A stretch of 42,442 nt of DNA from a virus (taxonomy: Duplodnaviria; Caudoviricetes), in the IMG/VR virus record IMGVR_UViG_3300021082_000016, positions 1-42,442 of that record; one strand, 5' to 3'. The translations under genes were made by a program, and so were the position numbers. Position 1 is the first letter of the stretch, and each line of letters opens with the position of its first letter. The notes beneath the pieces were generated by a model. That model saw nothing but the letters and a program-made list of their open reading frames with translations. It had not been told where the DNA came from and made no database searches. Positions 9,901 to 17,474 of the stretch are shown here, piece after piece.

Positions 9901-10320
9901 ATGAACATCTCGCCGCGGGTGCCAGACACGATGTCTGACGACACCCCTGCCATCCGTGCAGCCCGCGAGGAAGAGCGCCGCTTTAACACACTTGAGGCGG
10001 CTGATACCGCGATCCTCGGCCACTGCGAGCGCATCGAAGAGCACCTGCGCATCCTGAACGGCAAGACGGCTACCAACGCCGACAACATCACCAACGTCTC
10101 GACCGCGCTGCAGCAGCATCTTCGCGATATCGAGACGAGCAGGGAGACCGAACGGCTGGAAGCGGTGGAGTTCGATGTGTCCGAGATTAAGCGCCAGAGC
10201 AATGCGATATCCGACCGCAAGGAGGGCCAGCGAGACGTGCTTAGCACCTTCGACAAGATGCTGATCAGGGTCGGGCCGCTTGGCGGTCTAGCAGCGGCGC
10301 TGTACGCCGCGTTGAAGTAA
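9901..10320 (+). CDS. Coiled-coil protein with C-terminal membrane anchor (holin-associated type)
   Basis: Coiled coil followed by LIRVGPLGGLAAALYAALK; start could be 9931. Confidence 0.5.
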   Translation: MNISPRVPDTMSDDTPAIRAAREEERRFNTLEAADTAILGHCERIEEHLRILNGKTATNADNITNVSTALQQHLRDIETSRETERLEAVEFDVSEIKRQSNAISDRKEGQRDVLSTFDKMLIRVGPLGGLAAALYAALK

Positions 10321-10367
10321 GGACGCCACTGCTAGCGCTGCGCTTGCAGCAGAAAGAACACCCCGTA

Positions 10368-10526
10368 ATGGTACTGACGACACACTCCGTATTGATCCTT
10401 GTCGCCACGATCATCTTCGGCGTCGGCTTTGGCGTCGTGATGTTCGGCAACCCGGACGGCAAATTCCTCTGGGAAGCGTTGTTCCTCGGCTCGGCGTTCT
10501 TCGCAGCCGGGCACGTGGTGCCGTAA
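10368..10526 (+). CDS. Two-TM small membrane protein, holin candidate
   Basis: Two hydrophobic segments in about 52 aa; TAATG coupling to the next gene. Confidence 0.5.
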   Translation: MVLTTHSVLILVATIIFGVGFGVVMFGNPDGKFLWEALFLGSAFFAAGHVVP

Positions 10527-10975
10527 TGGGCGCCGTAACGCGAGCCTTAGCGCTGGCCATGCACGCCCTGACGCCGCTGGAGCAGGCCGAGCTAAAGCGT
10601 CTGGTGCTGAAGATGGTCGTCGCCGTCGTCATGGGCACTGGCCTGCTGACCTGGTTCGTCATCGTGCCGGGCATGAACCAGGCGGGCGGGCCGACGCCGC
10701 CGACTACCGCCGCGGACGAGGTCAACATCGTGGCGCGCGCGCCCGGTACAGACCCCGCCTTCGCGCTGAACTTCTGCAAGGACCCTGCCACGACGGTCAC
10801 GCGCCCGCGCTTCCCGGTGCCCGAGCAGAACGGCTCGCTTGAGGCCAGCCGCGGCACCGACACGCTGACCTGGCCGGGCTTTGGCGTAACGGCGCGTTAC
10901 CAGACCAGCAGCGAGGGGCGCGACATCGACATCACGCCCGCCGCCGTCGACTGCTTGCAGAAGAAGGTGAAGTAG
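10526..10975 (+). CDS. Single-TM protein with extracytoplasmic domain (lysis accessory candidate)
   Basis: TM MVVAVVMGTGLLTWFVIVP followed by a Pro/Thr linker and two Cys. Confidence 0.5.
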   Translation: MGAVTRALALAMHALTPLEQAELKRLVLKMVVAVVMGTGLLTWFVIVPGMNQAGGPTPPTTAADEVNIVARAPGTDPAFALNFCKDPATTVTRPRFPVPEQNGSLEASRGTDTLTWPGFGVTARYQTSSEGRDIDITPAAVDCLQKKVK

Positions 10976-11884
10976 ATGACCGTCCGCTTCGCGATCCTAT
11001 GGTGGCTGGCCCTGACCCTGTTCGTGATCATCGTCTTCGCGGCAAGCCGTGGCGAAGCGGCAGACCCGCCGCCGGCCAGCTTCCCGCCACAGCAGAACGA
11101 TGACCAGTTTCAGTACGGCGGGGCCAGCCTCGACCGCTACAACCCGTTCAGCGGCCCGCTACGCGCCTCCGGCGAATGGCGCTGGCGCTTCGAGCGCAAC
11201 CCGGCCTGCGCCGGCAACGTCGAGCAATACGTACGGCTGGCGCTGGCCGACCTGGGCAACACCTACGCGATCAACTTCATCGAAGCGTCTGACGGCCACC
11301 TGATTTATCAGAACTGCGGGCCGTCGCTGGCGGCGCGGTGCGGCGCCACGAACATAAACTGCCTCGGCAGGGGCTATCCCTACGACGTGACGATTGACCT
11401 GTCGTCAGACCTCGCGACCTACTTCGAAGTCAGCAGCGTGGCCGTGGTCGAACACGAGATGCTGCACGCGATGGCCACGTTCGATGAACAGTATGTAAAG
11501 GACGGCAGCTTCAGGGCGTCGAGCGACGTGACGGTAATGAACACGGGCCCGCTGTCGCGCCACTACCAGCAGCAGGCGGACCGCGATCGCTGGAACCGCA
11601 CGATGGGACCGCGCACGGTGCGCATCAGCGGCACGGGCGCCAACGGCGGCGGGCCGTACGTCTTCTGGTGCCAGCTCGACCCGATCGCAACGCGTGTGGC
11701 CATCCTCTACGACGATGGCCAGGGGCCGTACTGGAGCGGCGTACACGCGGCTCCGCGCCCGGACGGCAACAACTGTCAGGGGCAGTTCGTCGAGCGCCGT
11801 GCGGGGCGTCTGTGCGGCATCAAGGCCGAGACGGCGGTGAGCTGGCGGACGTCCGATACGACGGCATGGGTGGCCTGCGGCTGA
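10976..11884 (+). CDS. Secreted zinc metalloprotease (metzincin/matrixin-like)
   Basis: Signal peptide MTVRFAILWWLALTLFVIIVFAA; VVEHEMLHAM zinc motif; downstream TVMN resembles a Met-turn; several Cys. Confidence 0.6.
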   Translation: MTVRFAILWWLALTLFVIIVFAASRGEAADPPPASFPPQQNDDQFQYGGASLDRYNPFSGPLRASGEWRWRFERNPACAGNVEQYVRLALADLGNTYAINFIEASDGHLIYQNCGPSLAARCGATNINCLGRGYPYDVTIDLSSDLATYFEVSSVAVVEHEMLHAMATFDEQYVKDGSFRASSDVTVMNTGPLSRHYQQQADRDRWNRTMGPRTVRISGTGANGGGPYVFWCQLDPIATRVAILYDDGQGPYWSGVHAAPRPDGNNCQGQFVERRAGRLCGIKAETAVSWRTSDTTAWVACG

Positions 11885-12321
11885 TGTGCTGCTCAACCTC
11901 CGTCTTCCCGGTCGACAAGGTCACGGCTGAAGCCATCCTGCTACTGGGCGAGTTCAAGCCCCGTCCGTCTATCTACGACACGGCGCCGGCGATGTGGGAA
12001 CGCGACGTCAAAGACGACGACGGTGTCACGATCACGGTACGGGCGACGATCGCCGGCGACCACCTCAACCTCTCGCTGTTCCCCAACATCACGCAGCCCG
12101 AGCACCACCGCAGGATCTCAGGCGGCGTCTACCTGGAGATCGCCTGCAAGGTAGCCGAGAAGTGCGGCAGCAAGATCGTGCAGGCGTCCAACGTCGGCGA
12201 GTGCATTGAGAACAGCGACCGCAACAAGCTGCTGGCAGACTACGGCGCGGGACAACCGATGGACTGGGCCGCTGTATGTGTTGGCTACCAGAAGGCGATC
12301 CTGGGCGAGGTGCTTACCTAG
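11884..12321 (+). CDS. Hypothetical protein
   Basis: TGATG coupling at 11884; typical codon bias. Confidence 0.55.
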   Translation: MCCSTSVFPVDKVTAEAILLLGEFKPRPSIYDTAPAMWERDVKDDDGVTITVRATIAGDHLNLSLFPNITQPEHHRRISGGVYLEIACKVAEKCGSKIVQASNVGECIENSDRNKLLADYGAGQPMDWAAVCVGYQKAILGEVLT

Positions 12322-12356
12322 AGACACCGGCTACCGCTCCGTCGCCGGCGTGCACG

Positions 12357-12393
12357 CGCCTCGTCCTGACCAGTAGCGGGACGGGGCGTTGTT
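12357..12393 (+). terminator. Hairpin terminator ending the late operon
   Basis: CGCCTCGTCCTG/CGGGACGGGGCG stem with G-U pairs, followed by TTGTT. Confidence 0.55.
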
Positions 12394-12415
12394 GCGTGAA
12401 CGGCTTAAGCGCTTG

Positions 12416-12424
12416 TGCTAGAAT
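12416..12424 (+). promoter_or_regulatory. Extended -10 promoter (TGcTAGAAT) for the tRNA
   Basis: TGn-TAGAAT lies 11 nt upstream of the tRNA 5' end. Confidence 0.55.
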
Positions 12425-12435
12425 GGGGCCTGCAT

Positions 12436-12510
12436 CGCGGGATGGAGCAGCGGCAGCTCGTTGGGCTCATAACCCAAAGGCCGGGGGTTCGAATCCCTCT
12501 CCCGCCACCA
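12436..12510 (+). tRNA. tRNA-Met(CAT), initiator (fMet) type, with encoded CCA
   Basis: Cloverleaf: CGCGGGA/TCCCGCC acceptor with unpaired 1:72, GAGC/GCTC D stem, TTGGG-CTCATAA-CCCAA with three G-C pairs, GGTTCGAATCC T arm, ACCA end. Confidence 0.93.
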
Positions 12511-12533
12511 GCGTACGACGGGCACATGCTCGA

Positions 12534-12567
12534 GAAGAGGCTCCGTTTCGGCGGGGCCTCTTCGTTT
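12534..12567 (+). terminator. Intrinsic terminator after the tRNA
   Basis: GAAGAGGCTCCG/CGGGGCCTCTTC stem followed by GTTT. Confidence 0.65.
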
Positions 12568-12577
12568 CCGGGGAAAC
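12564..12577. promoter_or_regulatory. Palindromic box GTTTCCGGGGAAAC, exact, intergenic
   Basis: Read directly, between the tRNA terminator and the membrane gene. Confidence 0.75.
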
Positions 12578-12601
12578 CGCGTCGTCATGTAACATCCTCC
12601 G

Positions 12602-14902
12602 ATGCGATTGAAGGTCGATCACATCGCCGCCGGCGCGCTGCTAGCGCTCCCCATCGTCCTCTGCCTGCTCAACCGCTGGTGGACGTTCCTGCCGCCAAGG
12701 GGCTACCTCGACCCCTACGTCTACACCGGCTACTTCCTCGACCTCAAAGGCAACATCGACCTCGGCTACTACCAGGGCTCCCGCCTGCCGTGGCTGCTGG
12801 TGGGTAACGCGGCGTACTCGCTGCTGCCTGCCGAGTGGGCCAACCTCGCCCTGCGCTTCGGCCTGTTCTACGGCGGCACGTTCTCGCTGTTCGTGACCGT
12901 GCGCGGCCTCTGGCGCAATACAGGAGCCGCCTTCATCGCCGCCGTCCTGCTGGGCACGCACACCTACTTCCTCTGGGGCATCCACTGGGACTACATAGAC
13001 GGGCCCGTGGTGGTCTTTACGCTCGCGGCCGTGGCAATGACGGTCTGTGCCCGCAGGTCGCGCTGGTGGCCGCTGTGGTGTCTTCTAGCGGGCTTCCTGC
13101 TGGTCTGCGCGGTAGGCTCTAACCTGATCAACGCCGCGCCGTACCCGCCCGCGCTGGTGCTGTCGACGGTGTTCTTTGCCAACCCTGACCTGCGCGACAG
13201 GCGCCGCATCGCCACAAGCGTCGTGTGCCTTGCAGGAGGCTCGCTGGCCGCCCTGGTGGTGTTCGGCGCTGTCTACTACCACCTGACCGGCGAGGTCAAC
13301 TGGCTGGCGCGTCAGGTCGCCTACGCCCGCGAGGTTGACGGCGGCACGCACGGCATCGACAACCTGACGTGGTTCAGGAAGGCCGGGTGGCTGGCGTTCC
13401 CGCTGGTCGCGGCGGGCGTCAGCGTCTACGGGTTGCTACGGGTTGGAGTGGGTTGGTGGATTGGGAGTAATGTCGGCCAGTCTAAGCCCGATTTTCGGAC
13501 GGAAGGTTCGCCATCCGCAAGCGCACGTCGTATCAATCGGATTGAGGTTGGTAACACATCGAGCAGCGCCCATCGCGCACGGGATTACTTCGGCGGTGAG
13601 GGCGTCTTCAGGCACGTAGTCCGTACGCGGCTCCGGTTCCCAAGGTTTGCGAAGCAGGTAGTGGTTGACCTCACTCATGCCGACATCTTACTCTTCGCCG
13701 CTGCGGCCCTGATGTGCCTCGGCGTCACGGCGTTCTACGCGCTCTACGAAGCCTTCCACGGCCCCGTGCTTGAGGTCTGGTACTACACCAACTTCCTCAT
13801 GCCGTTCGCCTTCACCGTGATCGGCGGCGCGGTCGCGCTGGCGCTGCGACGTCTCTCCCCGCGACAGATGGCGCTGGTATGTGTGGCCGTGGTGCTCGCG
13901 GTGCTGGCGCCTATCGCCTTCTCGGCCCTGGAGCTGCGCAACGCCTGCGGCTACGACACCGTACTCGGCGGCGACTACTGCGCCATGACGCGCACGGCGG
14001 GCCTGCTGACTCTGCTGACGCTCTTGCTGCTCCTCGCGGCGCTGGTCAGGCGCTACCCGGCGCTGGCGCTCGCCGCCGTGCTCTTGCTCGGCGTGCTCAA
14101 CACGTCGTTCTATGCGGGCTACGGCGGCGGGGCGTACAAAGACGGGCAGGACCTCAGCTACGAGAAGTTCCTGCTCTCCTACGACCTCAACGCCACGACG
14201 CAGCCGTACGGCCAGCGGATCACGTTCTGGTACAGGCACCAGACGCCGGAGCTTGGCTTCGTCTTCCATGCCGTCGCGGGCTTCCACCACATGTACGTGT
14301 CGGTGCTGAGCTACGACTTCCCGCGTGTGGTCAACCCGGACGGCACGAGCAACACGATCCCGTTCGACCGGCCGATCGCCATCCTGACGCCGCCGGGCGT
14401 TGACGCACTGGGCGAGGCGACCGAGGCGCTGGCGAAAGAAGGCCTGCGCCCACGGCTCGTAGAGGCCAAAACGGTCAGCCGGGGCGAGCTGCGGGCCAAC
14501 GTCACGGTGATCCGCGTCGAGGCGTCGGGACGCGAGGTACTGCCGTTCGACCTCGGCACGGTACAGCTCTACGAGCCCAACAAGGAGCGCTTCTCAGGCC
14601 AGATACTCACGCCCGCGCAACCCTACGGCGCAGGCGGCTTCATCCCGATCCCGCGCACGCCGTACACCAACGCCTACGTGGTGGTGAAACTGAACGTGCA
14701 GGACGGGCCGATCGAGGTCTGCCTCGCCAGCGCCGACGCCGGCCTTTGCCTCGCGCATCAAACGGTGGAGGCGGGAGCGGCGTCGGTGGTGCTCAAGCCG
14801 CACGACTTCAGCCAGGCGTACTTCCTGCTGATCCGCTCCGGGCCGAAGGGCGTGGCGGGCAGGCTGACGCTGGAGTCGGCGGCGCTGTACGTGCCGGACT
14901 GA
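12602..14902 (+). CDS. Polytopic membrane protein, GT-C (ArnT/PMT-like) glycosyltransferase candidate; moron
   Basis: More than 10 TM segments, Asp in the first external loop (YLDPYVY), soluble C-terminal domain; located next to the recombinase. Confidence 0.6.
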   Translation: MRLKVDHIAAGALLALPIVLCLLNRWWTFLPPRGYLDPYVYTGYFLDLKGNIDLGYYQGSRLPWLLVGNAAYSLLPAEWANLALRFGLFYGGTFSLFVTVRGLWRNTGAAFIAAVLLGTHTYFLWGIHWDYIDGPVVVFTLAAVAMTVCARRSRWWPLWCLLAGFLLVCAVGSNLINAAPYPPALVLSTVFFANPDLRDRRRIATSVVCLAGGSLAALVVFGAVYYHLTGEVNWLARQVAYAREVDGGTHGIDNLTWFRKAGWLAFPLVAAGVSVYGLLRVGVGWWIGSNVGQSKPDFRTEGSPSASARRINRIEVGNTSSSAHRARDYFGGEGVFRHVVRTRLRFPRFAKQVVVDLTHADILLFAAAALMCLGVTAFYALYEAFHGPVLEVWYYTNFLMPFAFTVIGGAVALALRRLSPRQMALVCVAVVLAVLAPIAFSALELRNACGYDTVLGGDYCAMTRTAGLLTLLTLLLLLAALVRRYPALALAAVLLLGVLNTSFYAGYGGGAYKDGQDLSYEKFLLSYDLNATTQPYGQRITFWYRHQTPELGFVFHAVAGFHHMYVSVLSYDFPRVVNPDGTSNTIPFDRPIAILTPPGVDALGEATEALAKEGLRPRLVEAKTVSRGELRANVTVIRVEASGREVLPFDLGTVQLYEPNKERFSGQILTPAQPYGAGGFIPIPRTPYTNAYVVVKLNVQDGPIEVCLASADAGLCLAHQTVEAGAASVVLKPHDFSQAYFLLIRSGPKGVAGRLTLESAALYVPD
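13436..13678 (-). CDS. Candidate nested antisense gene (80 aa, Cys-containing)
   Basis: ATG-to-TAG ORF coincides exactly with an atypical hydrophilic insert between two TM helices of 12602-14902. Confidence 0.45.
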   Translation of the reverse strand: MSEVNHYLLRKPWEPEPRTDYVPEDALTAEVIPCAMGAARCVTNLNPIDTTCACGWRTFRPKIGLRLADITPNPPTHSNP

Positions 14903-14903
14903 G

Positions 14904-15776
14904 CTAGAGCACCCGTCCCGCAAGGTTCATTGCGTCCATCTGGCTGAGCCCACGCTCTAGCGCCGTCGCCTGGGCGTAGTGCGCCGTGGTCGAGATGTCG
15001 GCGTGGCCCATGACCTCCTTCAGCGCCCCGAGGTCCATGCCGCTCTTGAGCGCGTTGTTGGCGAAGGTCGCGCGTAGCTGGTGCGGGTGAGCCCGGACGC
15101 CGCGGCGCGTGGCCAGCCGCCCGAAGTTCTGCCTCATCCGCTTCTTGCTCATTGCCGCGTTGTCCTTCGTCAGCCACAACGGCCCCGCTGTACGCTCTCC
15201 CGCGATCTCGTGCAGCAGCGCCATGACCTCAGCGCCGGGCTTCACCGGCCGCCACTTGTCGCCCTTGCCGTGGATCAGCACGGTGTCTGAGGCCCAGAGG
15301 ACGTGCTCAATCTGCACCTCGGCGAGCTCGGCCAGGCGCACGCCGCCGGAGTAGAAAAACGCGACGATCGCCACGTCGCGCTTACAGTTGGCGCCGTAGG
15401 TCAGGCGCTTCACGTCCTCGTCACAGACCGGCTGCTTCGGTAGCGTCTTCGACTTCTTGACCGTGAGGCCTGCGGTCGGGTTGTCGGCACGCTGGCCACG
15501 CGAGACCAGGTAATCGTAGTAGGCACGCAGGCCGTAAAGGGCGTTGCGCATCGTGTTGGGAGCCTTGCCGGCCACGCGTTCGTGGGCGATGTAGGAGTGG
15601 ATGGCCGGGGCGTCGGCCTCGGCGGGGCAGAGTTCGTGCTCCAGTGCCCAGCTGGTGAAGACGCTGACGCGGGACACGTAGGTGCGCTCCGTCTCGGGTG
15701 ACTTCCCTGTCGAGAGAAGGTATGCGGCGAAGGCTGGCGCAGTGATCTTCCAGCTATCCGCTACCATGGCCGTCAA
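14904..15776 (-). CDS. Tyrosine recombinase, XerC/XerD-like (integrase or resolvase)
   Basis: Catalytic motifs GVRLAEL, HGKGDK, HQLR, MGHADISTTAHY; about 290 aa with no arm-binding N-terminus; start could be ATG 15767. Confidence 0.93.
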   Translation of the reverse strand: MTAMVADSWKITAPAFAAYLLSTGKSPETERTYVSRVSVFTSWALEHELCPAEADAPAIHSYIAHERVAGKAPNTMRNALYGLRAYYDYLVSRGQRADNPTAGLTVKKSKTLPKQPVCDEDVKRLTYGANCKRDVAIVAFFYSGGVRLAELAEVQIEHVLWASDTVLIHGKGDKWRPVKPGAEVMALLHEIAGERTAGPLWLTKDNAAMSKKRMRQNFGRLATRRGVRAHPHQLRATFANNALKSGMDLGALKEVMGHADISTTAHYAQATALERGLSQMDAMNLAGRVL

Positions 15777-15870
15777 TCTTCAGGCCGGCGGGGAGCCAGC
15801 TAAAGGTGACGTTGTCAGCTACGTGCTGACGTGCGCAGATAGTACCGTAACGGACAACTCGATGGAGAGT

Positions 15871-15898
15871 AGTTAACGCATGAAATGCTAAGTTGCGA
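15871..15898. other. Candidate dif-like recombination site (11-6-11)
   Basis: AGTTAACGCAT-GAAATG-CTAAGTTGCGA, AT-rich, about 95 bp upstream of the recombinase. Confidence 0.3.
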
Positions 15899-15979
15899 GG
15901 AATGTCTGAGACGAAGACGTTGGCAGAATGGGCCGTAAGAAACGGCAAAGATGCTTACCGATCACTGATCGGCGTCGTC

Positions 15980-16261
15980 CTACAACGCCGGCACGAGGTT
16001 GCGCTCGCCGCTCGGCTTCTCGACTTCAAGGATGCCGTATGCAGCAAGGGCCAGTTGGCGGTAGGTGCGCTCGTCGCCCTGGGCGATCTTTAGCAAGTCC
16101 TCGCGGCGCGGCGGCCGCACGTCCTTGCCAGGCTCAGGGTTCACGATTGCGAAGAGTGTCATGTGAGAGACGCGCCACTTCTTGGCGGCCGCCCTGTACG
16201 ACATTTCTCCCATGAGTTCGGCGACGAGAGTTGCAAGTCCGTCCATACTTAGCCGACTCAA
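15980..16261 (-). CDS. HTH transcriptional repressor (CI/XRE-like, no peptidase domain)
   Basis: MSYRAAAKKWRVSHMTLFAIVN helix-turn-helix; divergent from the early operon; AGGAGG before TTG. Confidence 0.7.
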   Translation of the reverse strand: MSRLSMDGLATLVAELMGEMSYRAAAKKWRVSHMTLFAIVNPEPGKDVRPPRREDLLKIAQGDERTYRQLALAAYGILEVEKPSGERNLVPAL

Positions 16262-16368
16262 TGTAGCCTCCTGCCCCGACTCGTGTCAATTTTCTCGTAC
16301 AGCCCCGCCGAAAACGCTTGACAGGGCTGTACGAGAACCCTTACAGTCTCTTTGCAATGCAAGGAGAC
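16260..16368. promoter_or_regulatory. Divergent promoter / immunity region with operator-like inverted repeats
   Basis: Minus: TTGACA(16289-16284)-18-TACATT. Plus: TTGACA(16318)-18-TACAGT. 14-bp IR TTCTCGTACAGCCC(16292)/GGGCTGTACGAGAA(16324). Palindrome GTCTCTTTGCAATGCAAGGAGAC(16346-16368). Confidence 0.7.
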
Positions 16369-16377
16369 GGATTTAAA

Positions 16378-16405
16378 TGGCGCGCTGAGTGGGACTCGAA
16401 CCCAC
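16378..16405 (-). other. tRNA 3'-half (T arm, acceptor strand, CCA); candidate attP core
   Basis: Minus strand reads GTGGGTTCGAGTCCCAC-TCAGCGCG-CCA; no matching 5' half at tRNA distance. Confidence 0.6.
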
Positions 16406-16738
16406 GGTTAGAGCCCCTACACGAGGGGCCGAGTCCCCTTGTCTCCGACCCACCGCCTGAGGCTCGAACACAGCGTTCCAGCCTCACCCGCCCAACCTCC
16501 TCCATCTACACCGGGCACCGCTCGCCAACCGTGCAGACCCTGCGCGTTGAGCCCTCCTGTCCGGAAGACGACGACGGATTCACCCCGTTTACGAGAGCGA
16601 AAGGAGCAAACCCTGACAGCACGAAGGACGTGGTTCTGGATAACGAGAAGGACGCGCCCCGGCGACTAACCAAGCGCGCGTCCTAGGACAAGTAGACCGG
16701 CACGAGGGGTCGCGCCGGACCAAGGGGAATTATCACAG

Positions 16739-17023
16739 ATGACGACTCAGACGACACCAAGAGATTACGAAGAAGCGCCAGCCGTGTTCTGCACCCAGGA
16801 CGGCGGCGAACTCGCGCTCGTGACGGTCGACGGCGAGCCCTGCGAGCACCCGCGACGGCCCGGCTTCTACATGGTGCGCTGCGACGCGGGCCACACGGGC
16901 GGCGTCGACGCGACGAAGAACCCCGGCATCCTCGACAAGCTGGCACGGGTAGAAGCGGCACCGCAGCGGATCACGCTGGTGCCGATGCACCCCGGCCACG
17001 CGCAGCTGGGGCTACGGCGATGA
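16739..17023 (+). CDS. First early gene, hypothetical Cys/His protein
   Basis: AAGGGG RBS; ATGA coupling to the next ORF. Confidence 0.6.
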   Translation: MTTQTTPRDYEEAPAVFCTQDGGELALVTVDGEPCEHPRRPGFYMVRCDAGHTGGVDATKNPGILDKLARVEAAPQRITLVPMHPGHAQLGLRR

Positions 17024-17115
17024 CGCACGTAGCCACCACGAAGCGCCGCAAGCCGCGCGTCCGCTTTGCCCTGACCGGACTCGGCTGGCTTTGGGCGACA
17101 GAGGCGGGATCGTGA
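17020..17115 (+). CDS. 31-aa basic peptide (MTHVATTKRRKPR...)
   Basis: ATGA and GTGA overlaps at both ends. Confidence 0.45.
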   Translation: MTHVATTKRRKPRVRFALTGLGWLWATEAGS

Positions 17116-17474
17116 GAACCGTTCACTTCCTCAAGTGCTGGCCTAACGAATACGAGGCCGTTAAGCAGGGCATCAAGCGCGCCGACTTCCGCCTGAACGA
17201 CCGCGACTACAACGCAGGCGATTTGCTCCTGCTACAGAAGTACTGGCCGACGTTGCAGGAATGGGCCGACGCCCACCTAGACGAGCCCTACGGCGACGGC
17301 GAGTGGAACCCGGACGACGCCGGCGAGTTTGCCTTCAAAGATCAGTTGCTCATGGTGCTGCACGTCCAGCATGGCGGGCACTTCGGTATCCCGGAAGGCT
17401 ACGTCGTGTTGAGCCTCGCGCCTCCCGTGCCGTGGAGCGTGTTCACGCGGCCAGAAACGGTGCTAGCGCGATGA
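17112..17474 (+). CDS. DUF3850 / ASCH-like domain protein
   Basis: HFLKCWPNEYEAVKQGIKRADFRLNDRDYNAGDLLLLQ...GYVVLS matches the DUF3850 pattern. Confidence 0.8.
   Translation: MRTVHFLKCWPNEYEAVKQGIKRADFRLNDRDYNAGDLLLLQKYWPTLQEWADAHLDEPYGDGEWNPDDAGEFAFKDQLLMVLHVQHGGHFGIPEGYVVLSLAPPVPWSVFTRPETVLAR

Noticed and set aside
14904-16261. BPs-type integration-dependent immunity with ssrA-like tags
   Set aside because: The candidate att core is outside the repressor ORF, and the C-termini (NLVPAL, LAGRVL) are not clear ssrA-like tags.
16378-16455. Second full tRNA gene
   Set aside because: No complementary 5' acceptor strand, D arm or 7-nt anticodon loop at the proper distance.
16318-16686. 122-aa + strand ORF as a cro gene
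   Set aside because: It starts within the -35 hexamer, has no HTH, and WRAEWDSNPR is just the antisense translation of a tRNA 3' end.
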